64,000 nt of DNA from the NCBI GenBank assembly GCA_017654855.1, contig CM030336.1, forward strand, positions 3,410,001 to 3,474,000, written 5' to 3'. Below are positions 25,652-35,647 of this stretch, piece by piece (position 1 is the stretch's first letter; each line of letters begins with the position of its first letter). The stretch is from Podospora anserina. Taxonomy: Eukaryota. The notes beneath the pieces are model-generated. The model was not told where the DNA came from, did no database searches, and was given only the letters and a program-made list of their open reading frames with translations. The translations under genes were made by a program, and so were the position numbers.

Positions 25652-26279
25652 GGAAGCAAGCAACAACCATATTTCTTTCTTTTCCTTTTTTTTTCACGGG
25701 ATACCCTCACTTATTTCTCAGGGCAAAGGGTAGCGGGAGGGGGCAAATCAACAGAGGTTTTTTTTCCAGGACTCGGTTGGGAAACGGGGGGTTGGGGGAG
25801 GGGCGAATGGAAACGGGCAAACAAACATGGGTCGAAAAACAAACGGGGGATTTCATTTCTGGTCGGGGGGTGGGGGAAAGGGAAAGGGGACGGGGAAGGG
25901 GATTTTAAAAAGGCGTGTGTGTGTGTGTGTTGTGTCATTGTGGCCTTTTCACAAAACCCCCCAACTTTTGCTTTTTATAGTAGGTACCTGGTACGGGCAT
26001 GACACAAGGTCTTTAAGGTAGCGTTGATATTTCTTTTTCGGTCTCTGATTTTGCCGCGTTTTAGCGTTTCGGTTTTTGCTGAATATATATACCCCCGACT
26101 TTTTCTGAGCAACACTCTGTCTACACCACACACATGGCACCATGCAATATGTGAATCACAATTCAGCTCGTTGGGGGATGGATGTACAAAAACTTCCAGG
26201 TTGGCGGCAAGCCACAACCTCTACTCTATTCATCAAAAAACAAAACACCAACATAACTTTATCCACCAAGGAAGCCCTC

Positions 26280-28700
26280 CTACTCAAACTTGGCAACCTC
26301 ATACATATCATCCGGATCCTTCCCCTCCCCCTCAACAAACCCCCTCACCTCCCCAACCCTTTTCTCAATCTCCCCCAACACCTCCTCCCTGTTATCTCCC
26401 TCCCTCACCCCCTCCACCACCGCCCACCTAGCAACATCAAACCTACTGACCCCATTCAACAACATCATATCAAACGGCGTCGTCGTCGTCCCCTCCTCCC
26501 TATACCCCTCAACCCTCATCCTCCCCACCCCCTCTCGTCCAAACAACAACCCCTGCAGCTCAGTCGGATACCCATGATAATTAAACAACACCGGCCTCTC
26601 CCGCGTAAACAACTCCAAAAACCTCTCCTTGCTCAACGCATGAGGGTGCCTGCTCACGGGAGCAAGAATCATAAGGTCAGTAACATTCACCACTCTGACC
26701 TTCAACGCCGGACAAATCTCCCGGAGCAGTTCCGCCGCCTTGACAACCTCAAAAGTGACCTCCACCCCGATGCCCACCAAGACAACATCCGGCTCCTCGT
26801 TCGGCCCGAGAGGGGTCGAGGCAAACTGCCAGATGCTCGCGCCTCGCCTGCAGTGTTCGGCCGCTTCTTCTGCAGAGAGGTACACAGCAGTAGGCTGCTT
26901 GGACCCGATGATGAGATTCGTATAATTCCTTGACCCGAGGCAGTGGTGAACAGTCGACAAAAAACAATTGGCGTCGGGAGGAAGATAAACCCTCGCAGCC
27001 TCAGCCTTGAGGTTAATAACCGCACCAATGAAGCTAGGGTTCTGATGAGAAAACCCATTGTGCTCCTGCCGAGCCCAAGTGCTGGTTTCAATGTAGTTGA
27101 TCGACGCCAAATCCCCCCTCCAGGGAACTTCCCGGGCGATCTTGACAAACTTGGAGTACTGCACCATCATGGTGTGGACAATACCCAAAAAAGACTCATA
27201 ACTAGGAAAGATGGCAGTCCTCCCAGTCAGAGTATACCCCTGCATGAAAGCCTGGCAGTCATGCTCCGACAGCACCTCGATCACCCTCCCCCCGTTCCCC
27301 CTCGAATACTCATCCCACTGAAAGTTCCTCTGCGTGTGATCCAGTATCGCATCCAGCTTGTTGCTCTCCAGCTCATCCGGCGAAAACAATCTTATGCTCT
27401 TCGGATTCTCCCGAAACACCCTGTCCAAAAACTTGCCCGTAACCTTCATGCAGCTCTGATCAGTCCCCTTCTCCACCGTAAACTCCCTCCAATCAACCCT
27501 CTTCAACCCCTCATAGGCATCATACGTCAGCCTATTCTGCCCCAACCTCCTCTCCCTCTCCCGCGGTAAAATCCTCGTCACCTCCTCCGTCGGCCTTCCG
27601 TCCTTAACCAGCTCCCAAATCCGATAACTCTCAAGCCACTTCCCCAACTCCCCCAGCTGTCCATCCTCCTCCCCCGCCTTGGGAAGCGGCACCTGATGCG
27701 AGTGAAAACTCCCCTCAATAATCTTCCCATCCACCTCCTTCGGCCCCGTCCACCCCTTCGGCGTCCTCAGCACAATCATCGGCCACCTCGGCTTAACCAC
27801 TGCCCTCCCCTCCCTCGCCGCCTTCTGTATCTTCCTGATCTCCCCCAAAGCCCAGTCCAACCCCCCCTGCAACTCCTCATCCACCCGTTCCAAATCCTCC
27901 ACCACCAAAACCTGATACCCATACCCACTAAACAAAGCCACAATCTCCTTGTCATCCATACACCCAAAAATAGTCCTCTCGCTAATCTTGAACCCGTTGA
28001 CATGCAGTATCGGGATCACCGCCCCCGACTCCTTCGGGTTCAAGAATTTGATCGCATGCCACGCCGTAGCTGTCGGTCCCGTCTCCGCTTCTCCATCACC
28101 AACCACTACCGTGACGACCAAATCAGGCTTGTCCATGACAGCACCAAACGCCGCCCCCAGCGCATACCCCAACTCCCCCCCCTCATGAATAGCACCCGGA
28201 GTCTCGGCATTGATATGACTCGGAAACCCCCCCGGCACAGAAAATCTCGTCACCAGGTTATGAAACCCGCTTTCCGTGAGATCATACTCCCCGGGGTAAA
28301 ACCTCTCCAGTGACCCCTCAAGCCATAAAGCAGCCAGCGCAGCGGGAGCGCCGTGACCGGGACCGATGACGAAAATCATTTCTAGGTCGGGGTTGTTTCG
28401 CAAAAGAAGGTTGAGGTGGGAATACACAAGGACAAGGCCAGGGCAGGTGCCCCAGTGCCCGAGGAGACGGGGCTTGATGTCGTTGTGGGAGAGGGGGTTT
28501 TGCAGCAGAGTGTTGGAGCGGAGGAAGATCATGGATGCGGCGAGGTAGTTTGCTGCTCGCTGGAAGGCTTTGAGGGAGGCGAGGTCGGTGGGGGGGAGGG
28601 GTTTGGGAGGGAGGGTGACAGATAGGTCGTGGAGGATGCTGTCTGGGAGGGAGGAGGGGAGGGCGGGGGGGTTGGGGATGGGGATTTCGGATCGGGGCAT
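26280..28700 (-). CDS. Xylulose-5-phosphate/fructose-6-phosphate phosphoketolase (XFP family), intronless
   Basis: 806 aa; KPRLLGHWGTCPG, GPGHGAPA, HEGGELGY, TPP-binding GDGEAETGP, LSEH, RQEHNGFSHQNP, GYREEGTTTTPFDM. Confidence 0.97.
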   Translation of the reverse strand: MPRSEIPIPNPPALPSSLPDSILHDLSVTLPPKPLPPTDLASLKAFQRAANYLAASMIFLRSNTLLQNPLSHNDIKPRLLGHWGTCPGLVLVYSHLNLLLRNNPDLEMIFVIGPGHGAPAALAALWLEGSLERFYPGEYDLTESGFHNLVTRFSVPGGFPSHINAETPGAIHEGGELGYALGAAFGAVMDKPDLVVTVVVGDGEAETGPTATAWHAIKFLNPKESGAVIPILHVNGFKISERTIFGCMDDKEIVALFSGYGYQVLVVEDLERVDEELQGGLDWALGEIRKIQKAAREGRAVVKPRWPMIVLRTPKGWTGPKEVDGKIIEGSFHSHQVPLPKAGEEDGQLGELGKWLESYRIWELVKDGRPTEEVTRILPRERERRLGQNRLTYDAYEGLKRVDWREFTVEKGTDQSCMKVTGKFLDRVFRENPKSIRLFSPDELESNKLDAILDHTQRNFQWDEYSRGNGGRVIEVLSEHDCQAFMQGYTLTGRTAIFPSYESFLGIVHTMMVQYSKFVKIAREVPWRGDLASINYIETSTWARQEHNGFSHQNPSFIGAVINLKAEAARVYLPPDANCFLSTVHHCLGSRNYTNLIIGSKQPTAVYLSAEEAAEHCRRGASIWQFASTPLGPNEEPDVVLVGIGVEVTFEVVKAAELLREICPALKVRVVNVTDLMILAPVSRHPHALSKERFLELFTRERPVLFNYHGYPTELQGLLFGREGVGRMRVEGYREEGTTTTPFDMMLLNGVSRFDVARWAVVEGVREGDNREEVLGEIEKRVGEVRGFVEGEGKDPDDMYEVAKFE

Positions 28701-29190
28701 TTTGGTGGTGTTTTTTTCAGGTTGTCGTGATGTTTGTTGAAGGTTGTGTTTGCTGATACCTAGTGAGACCGTTCCGTAGTCGTGGTCGTGTGAGTGCTAG
28801 TTCAACGGTAGGGCGGTGTCAAAGTGTCGCGGGCCGCGCTGTTAAACTCAATTGTATAGCGAACGGTCGTTGTCTGTGCGAGATGCATGCAATGGTTTGA
28901 GAGAGCGTTCGTTCATCGCAGCTTTTTGCAGTTTCAGCTTCGGATGGCAGGTTGATAACCGGCAGGAGCTCTGTCGTATCGATGACGTAGGGCAGTCCCA
29001 CCAATCAACCCCCCTCCTGCACAACAACCAAGCTGTCGGATCGGCCCACTTTTCCCATTGGCTGTCATGACCCAGGAATGCCATCACACAACGGAAGTCA
29101 CGGAATCAAAAACACGCTCATAGTGGCATCATATCCAAATCTATTACCCTCATGTATCCATAGGTTTTTGTAGTGTGAGGTAAGTAAAAC

Positions 29191-30775
29191 CTACCGCCCC
29201 AAACCAAGCCCAACAACCCTCATAGGCCACTCGATCCACTCCCTGTGCTCCTCATCCAAGATCTCATGCGCCCTCTCCACCAAGTGGTCCCCCCATCCCT
29301 GAAGCCACCACGTCCTCTCATGATGTTTCCATAGTATGCAAAAATGCGCAAAGATGGCCACCGCTTCCGGTGTGGGTATCTTGAGCAGCGGCACAAGCGA
29401 GTCTGACACCTCCCACAACCACAGCATAGCATCCAACACATCCTTTTCCTCCTCCGCCCCTTCTCCACTCTGTTCTCGCGTGATGATCACCAACGATAAC
29501 TCCAGCTCATCAAGAGCGTGGATATACGTAGCCAGCCGCTCTTGGGCACCCTCCTGGCCTTCTTTTTTCTGCATGCTACCCAGGATATTTTGTCTCAGAG
29601 CAGACAGCGGCCCCCACGCCTCTCCCATCTGGCTCTCTTGCATCTTTGCTCTGTGCGTCCTCCACCTCTGCCCTCCATACGCGAGAAACGGCGCTAGCAT
29701 TGTCTCGTGGCCTCTCGGCCCGAGGACACTGCTCAGTGATTTGGCGCCCGTAACAAGAAACGTCCACTCTGGAAAAGACGATGTTTCGTTGATGAAAAAG
29801 GACCCCCCCTCTGAGTGAGGTCTCCTCGGACTTGCCAATGCTGTCGACCATGTCAGCACAAAGAGTCTTCCAAAACTACCTGAACTGCAAGACCTACCAA
29901 AATATATCGTCAACATGCTAAACAAAAACAACCTCGCAGCCGCATCCTTATCCACCCGCAGCAGATGATGCTGCCCATCATCACTCAAATACTTCATCGC
30001 CTCCCTGCTCGCCTTCTGATGCAGCACCATCCCCTGCGCGGTATAAAAATCCCTCCTCTCCGAGCTCTCCTGATGGTAAGCAAGATGCAACGAACTAATC
30101 GCCAGCACAGCCCTCATGATGAAATCACACTTTAGCGCCGCGTCCACCACATCCACCCGCCAAAACTCCCGCACGCCAGCGTCGGACGCCAGGGTGAGAT
30201 ATGTCCTCGAGGTAAAGTTGTGCAGCAGCTCCAGCTCCAACAGCGGCAATACATCCGACTCGACCGACTGAGAGTGAGGATACGGACCCGAAGGCGACGA
30301 CGGCGAGCGGGACGCTCTCGTGGCAGTTTTGGCAGCATGCCTCGCACCACTGGTTCTGTTGGGAATCCCAAGCGTGACTGGAGTGGCGGTCCCCGGCGGA
30401 GCGGTGAGAAAAGGGCACTCGACCCCGTGCGAGATGCAGTTGAGACATGACGGGTGGCGTTCGTCACACTGGGGGAACCCGACAGTCTGGTTAGATTGGA
30501 TCTATCTAGATTTGAAACGATCGGAAGAGTAGGGGGAGAGCGCAGACCTTGATCTTGCGTGCCTTGCAGATGGCACAACCGGTGCGGCTCTTTTTGTGCG
30601 TCCTTCGGCCCGTGTACGTCAGGCCCACCGGTGGCTGCTGCTGTCGATGGGTCAAGATGGTGGGGACGGGAACCGGTGGTTGTGGTGGCACATTCTGGCC
30701 ACCATGTGGTGTCGGAACGTTAGATCCGAAGGGTGTGGGGGTCCCGGCTGGGGAGGAGGGACTGGGTGTCAACAA

Positions 30776-30806
<31 letters not shown>

Positions 30807-30832
30807 GGGTTCGGGTTGGAGGAGTTGGACAT
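29191..30832 (-). CDS. Zn(II)2Cys6 transcription factor, Upc2/Ecm22-like architecture; two introns
   Basis: RRTHKKSRTGCAICKARKIK|CDERHPSCLNCISHGVECPF; LLELELLHNFT...HQKA..; C-terminal WWLQGWGDHL...WIEWP; poly-Ser from a (CTG)n repeat at ~30777-30803. Confidence 0.92.
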
Positions 30833-32086
30833 GTGGGTGAGACTAGATGATTGGCTGGGGAACGTGTTGAAGTGAGATCAGTGAGATTGAGCGGGCGATG
30901 ACAGGTTGGCCACGTTTTGGTCGTGAAACCGTCTGATTTCTGATGTTCTGTTCCTCTCAAGGTATCTTACAAATCAACAGATAGAAAAGACCAAACTCTG
31001 GACGAACACTCAGGAGGAACAGATGAAAAGACAGATGGCGCGGCCTTTTGACTGGTCAATGGCTTCTTGATGAGGCTGTGGTCCAGGGACCCGGATAGTG
31101 ACCCCCGAAGTTCAAACTGGTCGGTGGGACTGCATCGCGCTAAAACCACCCCCGCAGATGCCAAGCAACGTGCCAAACGACTGTGGATCTGGGGCTGTCA
31201 AAAATTCCAACGACGTCAGAGAAGAAGCTGTCATCCCCAACTTTTTGGGTGGTTTGGGTGATCTTGAGTGGCTGACCTCTCGTCATCGAAGACCCATCCA
31301 AGATCTTCTAGAACCTATTCACGATCAGGACAAGCAACCAGTCAAAGGCCTCATCATGACAAATCCGAGCCCGGTAAAGAATCTTCCTTTGGTGGACCCC
31401 TTTTGGCTTGGCAGCCTTGGTCAATAGCTACACCAAAGGGTGTTGATAGTCGTGTTCGGCTCGATCTTGAATTTTCAACCAATCAAAACCCAAACAGCAA
31501 ATATGAGAGCCAACACCTAGAGGCGAATCTACTCGCTTTCGCAAAGCCCACAAAATTCCACATTCCTTCCTATCGCAGCCGCATTGTTGAACAGAGCAAA
31601 GCCTCGACCCGGAGCTCAAACACCGCAAGGAGGAGAAAGAGATTACATCCGGCTGCGAGCACGTCAGCACGAAGCGCCAGTAATGCTCATTGCTACCAGG
31701 AGCTCGGGCTTTTGATAAACCCGAACGAACTGATGGATCTTACATAGATGATCCGCTGTAGCTCACTGGAACTTGTGTTTTTTAGACCCAGGCAATCCCA
31801 TCCGCCTTCCCGTCCCTCGCCTTTTCTTTCCCTCAACCTACTTTCAACAACATCAGCGTTTTTACACTCTTTTGCTGACGTTGTTTTCCTCACGTACACG
31901 CGGTTTTCGGATAGACTCACGGCAATTTAGAGGATAGACAGATACCACGACGCAGGTCTATACCCCTGAAAATTCGAGCTTCCGACTCCACCCCTAGATT
32001 CAATCCTGAGATCTCAACACTCAACAGCAACCATATCCAACGTCCCAACCCGGACACCACCCCGCCAGCAACAAACAGCAGCCAAA

Positions 32087-33121
32087 ATGACTGACACCGA
32101 CCTCACCACCCTCCCCCCGAACTTCTACCCCACCTACGAAACCTGCCCCTCCATCTCTCCCCTCTGCCCCGTCAAGGCCACAACCCTAGGCTATTCCCCC
32201 AACCTCCCCGTCAACGTCTTCCTCGCCGTCGGCTTCGGCCTTTTCGGGATCATCACCCTCCTCACCGGCCTCTGGAAAAAAACATGGGGATTCTCCACCA
32301 CCGTAGCAGCAGGTTGCATCCTCGAATGTGTAGGCTACATCGGTCGCGTCCTCCTCAGCGAAAACGCCTGGAACGCCGACGCGTTCAAGATGCAGATTGT
32401 GGCTATTGTTCTTGGCCCAACGCTGGTGTGCGTCGGGTTGTATCTCACGTTACGACACATCGTTATCAGCTTGAACCCGGAGATGTCGAGGATCGCACCG
32501 AGACTGTACCCGATATTCTTTGTGCCCGCGGATGTGAGCTGCTTGGTGATTCAGGCCATTGGCGGGGGGGTTGCGGCCGCGGCGGGAAGGGATAATTATG
32601 ATATTTTGAAGCACGGGAATCGGATCATCATGGCGGGGATCGTGCTTCAGGTTTTGGTTCTGGGGGCGTTTGGTGGGTTGGCGGGCGATTACCTAGTCAG
32701 GGTGAGGGAGGGTTTTAAGCAAAACGCTGGGATGGAAGGGAGCGCGCTGTGGAAGGATGGGAAGTTTAGGGGGTTCTTGTGGGCGATGGGGGGCGCGTAT
32801 GCTGCGCTGTTGATTAGGTGTGTTTACCGGATTGCTGAGATGGCGGGGGGGTGGGGGAATCATATCATGCAGCATGAGTCGAGCTTTGTGGTGTTGGAGA
32901 GCTTTATGGTGCTGATTGCGTGCGGGTTGTTGGCTTGTGCCGCGCCTGGGGTTTTGTTCCCTGAGATGTCGCATGACCAGAGGGTGAAGAATATGGGCAA
33001 GGGGAGGCAGCAGGGGGGTGTGGATGTGGAGAGCGGTGCGGGAGAGAAGACTACAGGTACTGGTGCTAGTGCCAGTCCTTCTGATACGGAGAGGCGGCCG
33101 GGGACTGGGGAGGAAGTTTGA
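32087..33121 (+). CDS. RTA1/Rsb1-family 7-TM protein (putative lipid/long-chain base exporter)
   Basis: LGYSPNL, GCILECVGYIGR, DVSCLVIQAIGGG, LLIRCVYRIAEMAGGW, PG motif; divergent from the Zn2Cys6 TF. Confidence 0.93.
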   Translation: MTDTDLTTLPPNFYPTYETCPSISPLCPVKATTLGYSPNLPVNVFLAVGFGLFGIITLLTGLWKKTWGFSTTVAAGCILECVGYIGRVLLSENAWNADAFKMQIVAIVLGPTLVCVGLYLTLRHIVISLNPEMSRIAPRLYPIFFVPADVSCLVIQAIGGGVAAAAGRDNYDILKHGNRIIMAGIVLQVLVLGAFGGLAGDYLVRVREGFKQNAGMEGSALWKDGKFRGFLWAMGGAYAALLIRCVYRIAEMAGGWGNHIMQHESSFVVLESFMVLIACGLLACAAPGVLFPEMSHDQRVKNMGKGRQQGGVDVESGAGEKTTGTGASASPSDTERRPGTGEEV

Positions 33122-33852
33122 GAAGGTGGCCTGGGATACATTGGGATATGTGGCGACGGATCTTGAGGACATGCTGAGATCAGGACTGGAATTCAAAGTC
33201 ATTTTTGTCCCTTCCAAGCAAACAAAAGCTTTCACGCATGAACTCGAATGCATCTGAGCATAAAATGTGGCCCTGGTCGTGCGGCTGAGCCACGTGGGGG
33301 TCCGAAACTCCGAAAGAAAACACTGTCGAGGTTCATTCTCAAGATTCCAGCAGTTCAGAGCCTATGTCGAAGCATGGTTGTAAAACAAGTCATATGCCGC
33401 AATGTACAAACCTTATCTTCACCGTTTACCCGCTAGAACTATTGGGAAAAGCGAGAGTTCCATCACCACATCGCTTGGCGCGTGGCCTGGAATCTGTATC
33501 CGCTTCGTTGGGCTGACGCCAAGCCGTTCTGGGATTCCATTTTCAACGCCGAGACAAAATTAGGGGTCCAGATTGGCCGAAGAGCCCACTTGTCATGTCG
33601 AGATCTTGTGCCGCCGCTTGACCCCTTTTGGACAGGGGGTGCGGCGCAGGCAATCTCGTTCTTTTTTCCCGCTGGGTTGCGGGATGCTGCCCTCCTCCCT
33701 ACCTCCTTTTCGCGCCCGATCGCGTCTCTGCGCGGCACATTTCCATCTCCATTTTGACTACCTTGGTGGCCACGGGGAGGAAGGACAAGCATCGGCAACT
33801 TTCGTTAACGTCCCGAACCCAACCCGGCGATAGGTATATATCCTCATCCAGC

Positions 33853-35271
33853 ATGGCTGTCAACCGGGCCTGGGCCGCCGAGGGCTTACGGTCTTTTTCC
33901 AACCGTCCGCGTCCTGTACCGACTAGGTTTTGGGTTATCAGTTTGGCTAGCATCTTCATTCTCGCGTTGCTCTTCGTCGGCCACACATCTGACAGCTTGC
34001 CGTCAATTCCTGGCTTGAACAAGGAGCCTGAGAAAGCTCAACCACCACCGCCAACGCCCGAGTCCGACGACCCACCAAAGGGACCAGCAAAGAACTACGA
34101 CCCTGAAGAATTCGACCTTGATGAAAACGGGCTGAAGATATGGGCACCCCCACACATGGACGCCCTCGTCCACGGAGTCCACGCCTCTGACGGCGTCAAG
34201 AGAAAGCCAACATACCCCCTCGACCCGTTCCCCCAAACACCAATGACCTCACCGGTGCAAGACAACCGTCCTCGCCCCTGGCTCGGAGCCGTCATCTGCT
34301 CCGCCTGGGACATCAAACGCCGCATGCTGATCCGCTACACCTGGATGAAGATGTTCAAAGACGTGCCCATGGACCAACGCTTCGTCATCTCCAACCCCGG
34401 CCCGGACTGGCGAGCCGTCATCCAGCAGGAAAACGCCACGTTTGGCGACATGATTGTGTTGGACCACCTCCACGAAGACGACTTCACCGCCAACACGGTG
34501 AAAACCGTAGAGTTTTACCGGTGGCTGTCGGATAAGTCCCCGGTGAAGTATGAGTTTGTCTCCAAAATGGACACTGACCTCTGGGTCAACGCTCGTGCGT
34601 ATTGGGACCGGCAGCTCCTCCCTAGATTGGACGTCGTCAAATCTGCCGATGGCAACACAGTCACGGGTTATAAAGCAAACGTCAACCACACCACCATCGG
34701 GCAGTTTTATTATGACAATTATCACCGCACGGCGTTTCCTCATGGGGCGATTTACACTGTTACTTGGGATATTGTTAACTTGTTGCCTAAACTGCAAGAT
34801 AAACACCACATTATCGCCGGGGAGGACGTCACCATGGCTTGGCTGCTTATCAAGGGTCATCAAAAAGTCACCATGGCCATTCTGACGCAGGAAGAGAAAT
34901 TCGAATTCGACCACAAGGACACCCGGCCAGGGGAGAGGACTCCCTGGGCGAGGAAGGGGACGGATGTTACTTCTAGCTGGCATGCTATGTACGGGAGTGA
35001 GATCTTGGCCATTCACCAGCTCAAGAAGGATGATGACTGGCTTATGGTGGCGGAGTGTTTTGACGAGAGGGGGATCAAGGAGATGCCGCCTTATCCCGAG
35101 AAGGAGCCCGAGGATAAGGGGGAGAAGCCGGGGTATCCGAGGCCGTTTTGGACGCAGATCCCGAATGACTTTTGGGAGACGGATGTGGATGGGACGTTGC
35201 TTTGTAATGGGATTTGGAAGTTGGAGCCGGGGGTGGGGAGGGATATGAAGAAGAAGCCCAAGGGGGAATGA
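33853..35271 (+). CDS. Glycosyltransferase family 31 (galactosyltransferase-like), type II membrane protein
   Basis: N-terminal TM (FWVISLASIFILALLFV), RRMLIRYTW, ENATFGDMIVL, KTVEF, SKMDTD (DxD), GEDV. Confidence 0.85.
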   Translation: MAVNRAWAAEGLRSFSNRPRPVPTRFWVISLASIFILALLFVGHTSDSLPSIPGLNKEPEKAQPPPPTPESDDPPKGPAKNYDPEEFDLDENGLKIWAPPHMDALVHGVHASDGVKRKPTYPLDPFPQTPMTSPVQDNRPRPWLGAVICSAWDIKRRMLIRYTWMKMFKDVPMDQRFVISNPGPDWRAVIQQENATFGDMIVLDHLHEDDFTANTVKTVEFYRWLSDKSPVKYEFVSKMDTDLWVNARAYWDRQLLPRLDVVKSADGNTVTGYKANVNHTTIGQFYYDNYHRTAFPHGAIYTVTWDIVNLLPKLQDKHHIIAGEDVTMAWLLIKGHQKVTMAILTQEEKFEFDHKDTRPGERTPWARKGTDVTSSWHAMYGSEILAIHQLKKDDDWLMVAECFDERGIKEMPPYPEKEPEDKGEKPGYPRPFWTQIPNDFWETDVDGTLLCNGIWKLEPGVGRDMKKKPKGE

Positions 35272-35647
35272 GGTGAGATCTAATGTGTATTGTCATGGGT
35301 TTTTTTTTTCTGTGTAAATGTTGGGTATCATATCTGGGCATCTATGTCGTTTTGTGGAGTTGATGGTTGGGCAGACAAGTGGTGCCCTGGTCTGGGAAGA
35401 TGCCCGTGACGATAATGGGTTGGATATAAGCTTGGTATAGAGAATTATATAGAACTGAAAAAGTAAAATTTCATCATGGCTATGTACAAGGATTCTTATG
35501 GCTCAACTTCCAGCGGCTTATGAAATCCAAAAATTCCACGGTGACCAAATCCCCAGCCATCCTACGTGTGCCAGTTGCTTGGATCAATCCATGTTGAAGT
35601 CAGCAGATGTGCTCTTCCTGGTCTCACTGAGGACCGGTCGACGGCCT

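Noticed and set aside
26142-28625. Pro/Leu-rich plus-strand ORFs of 200-260 aa
   Set aside because: Antisense to the G-rich phosphoketolase CDS.
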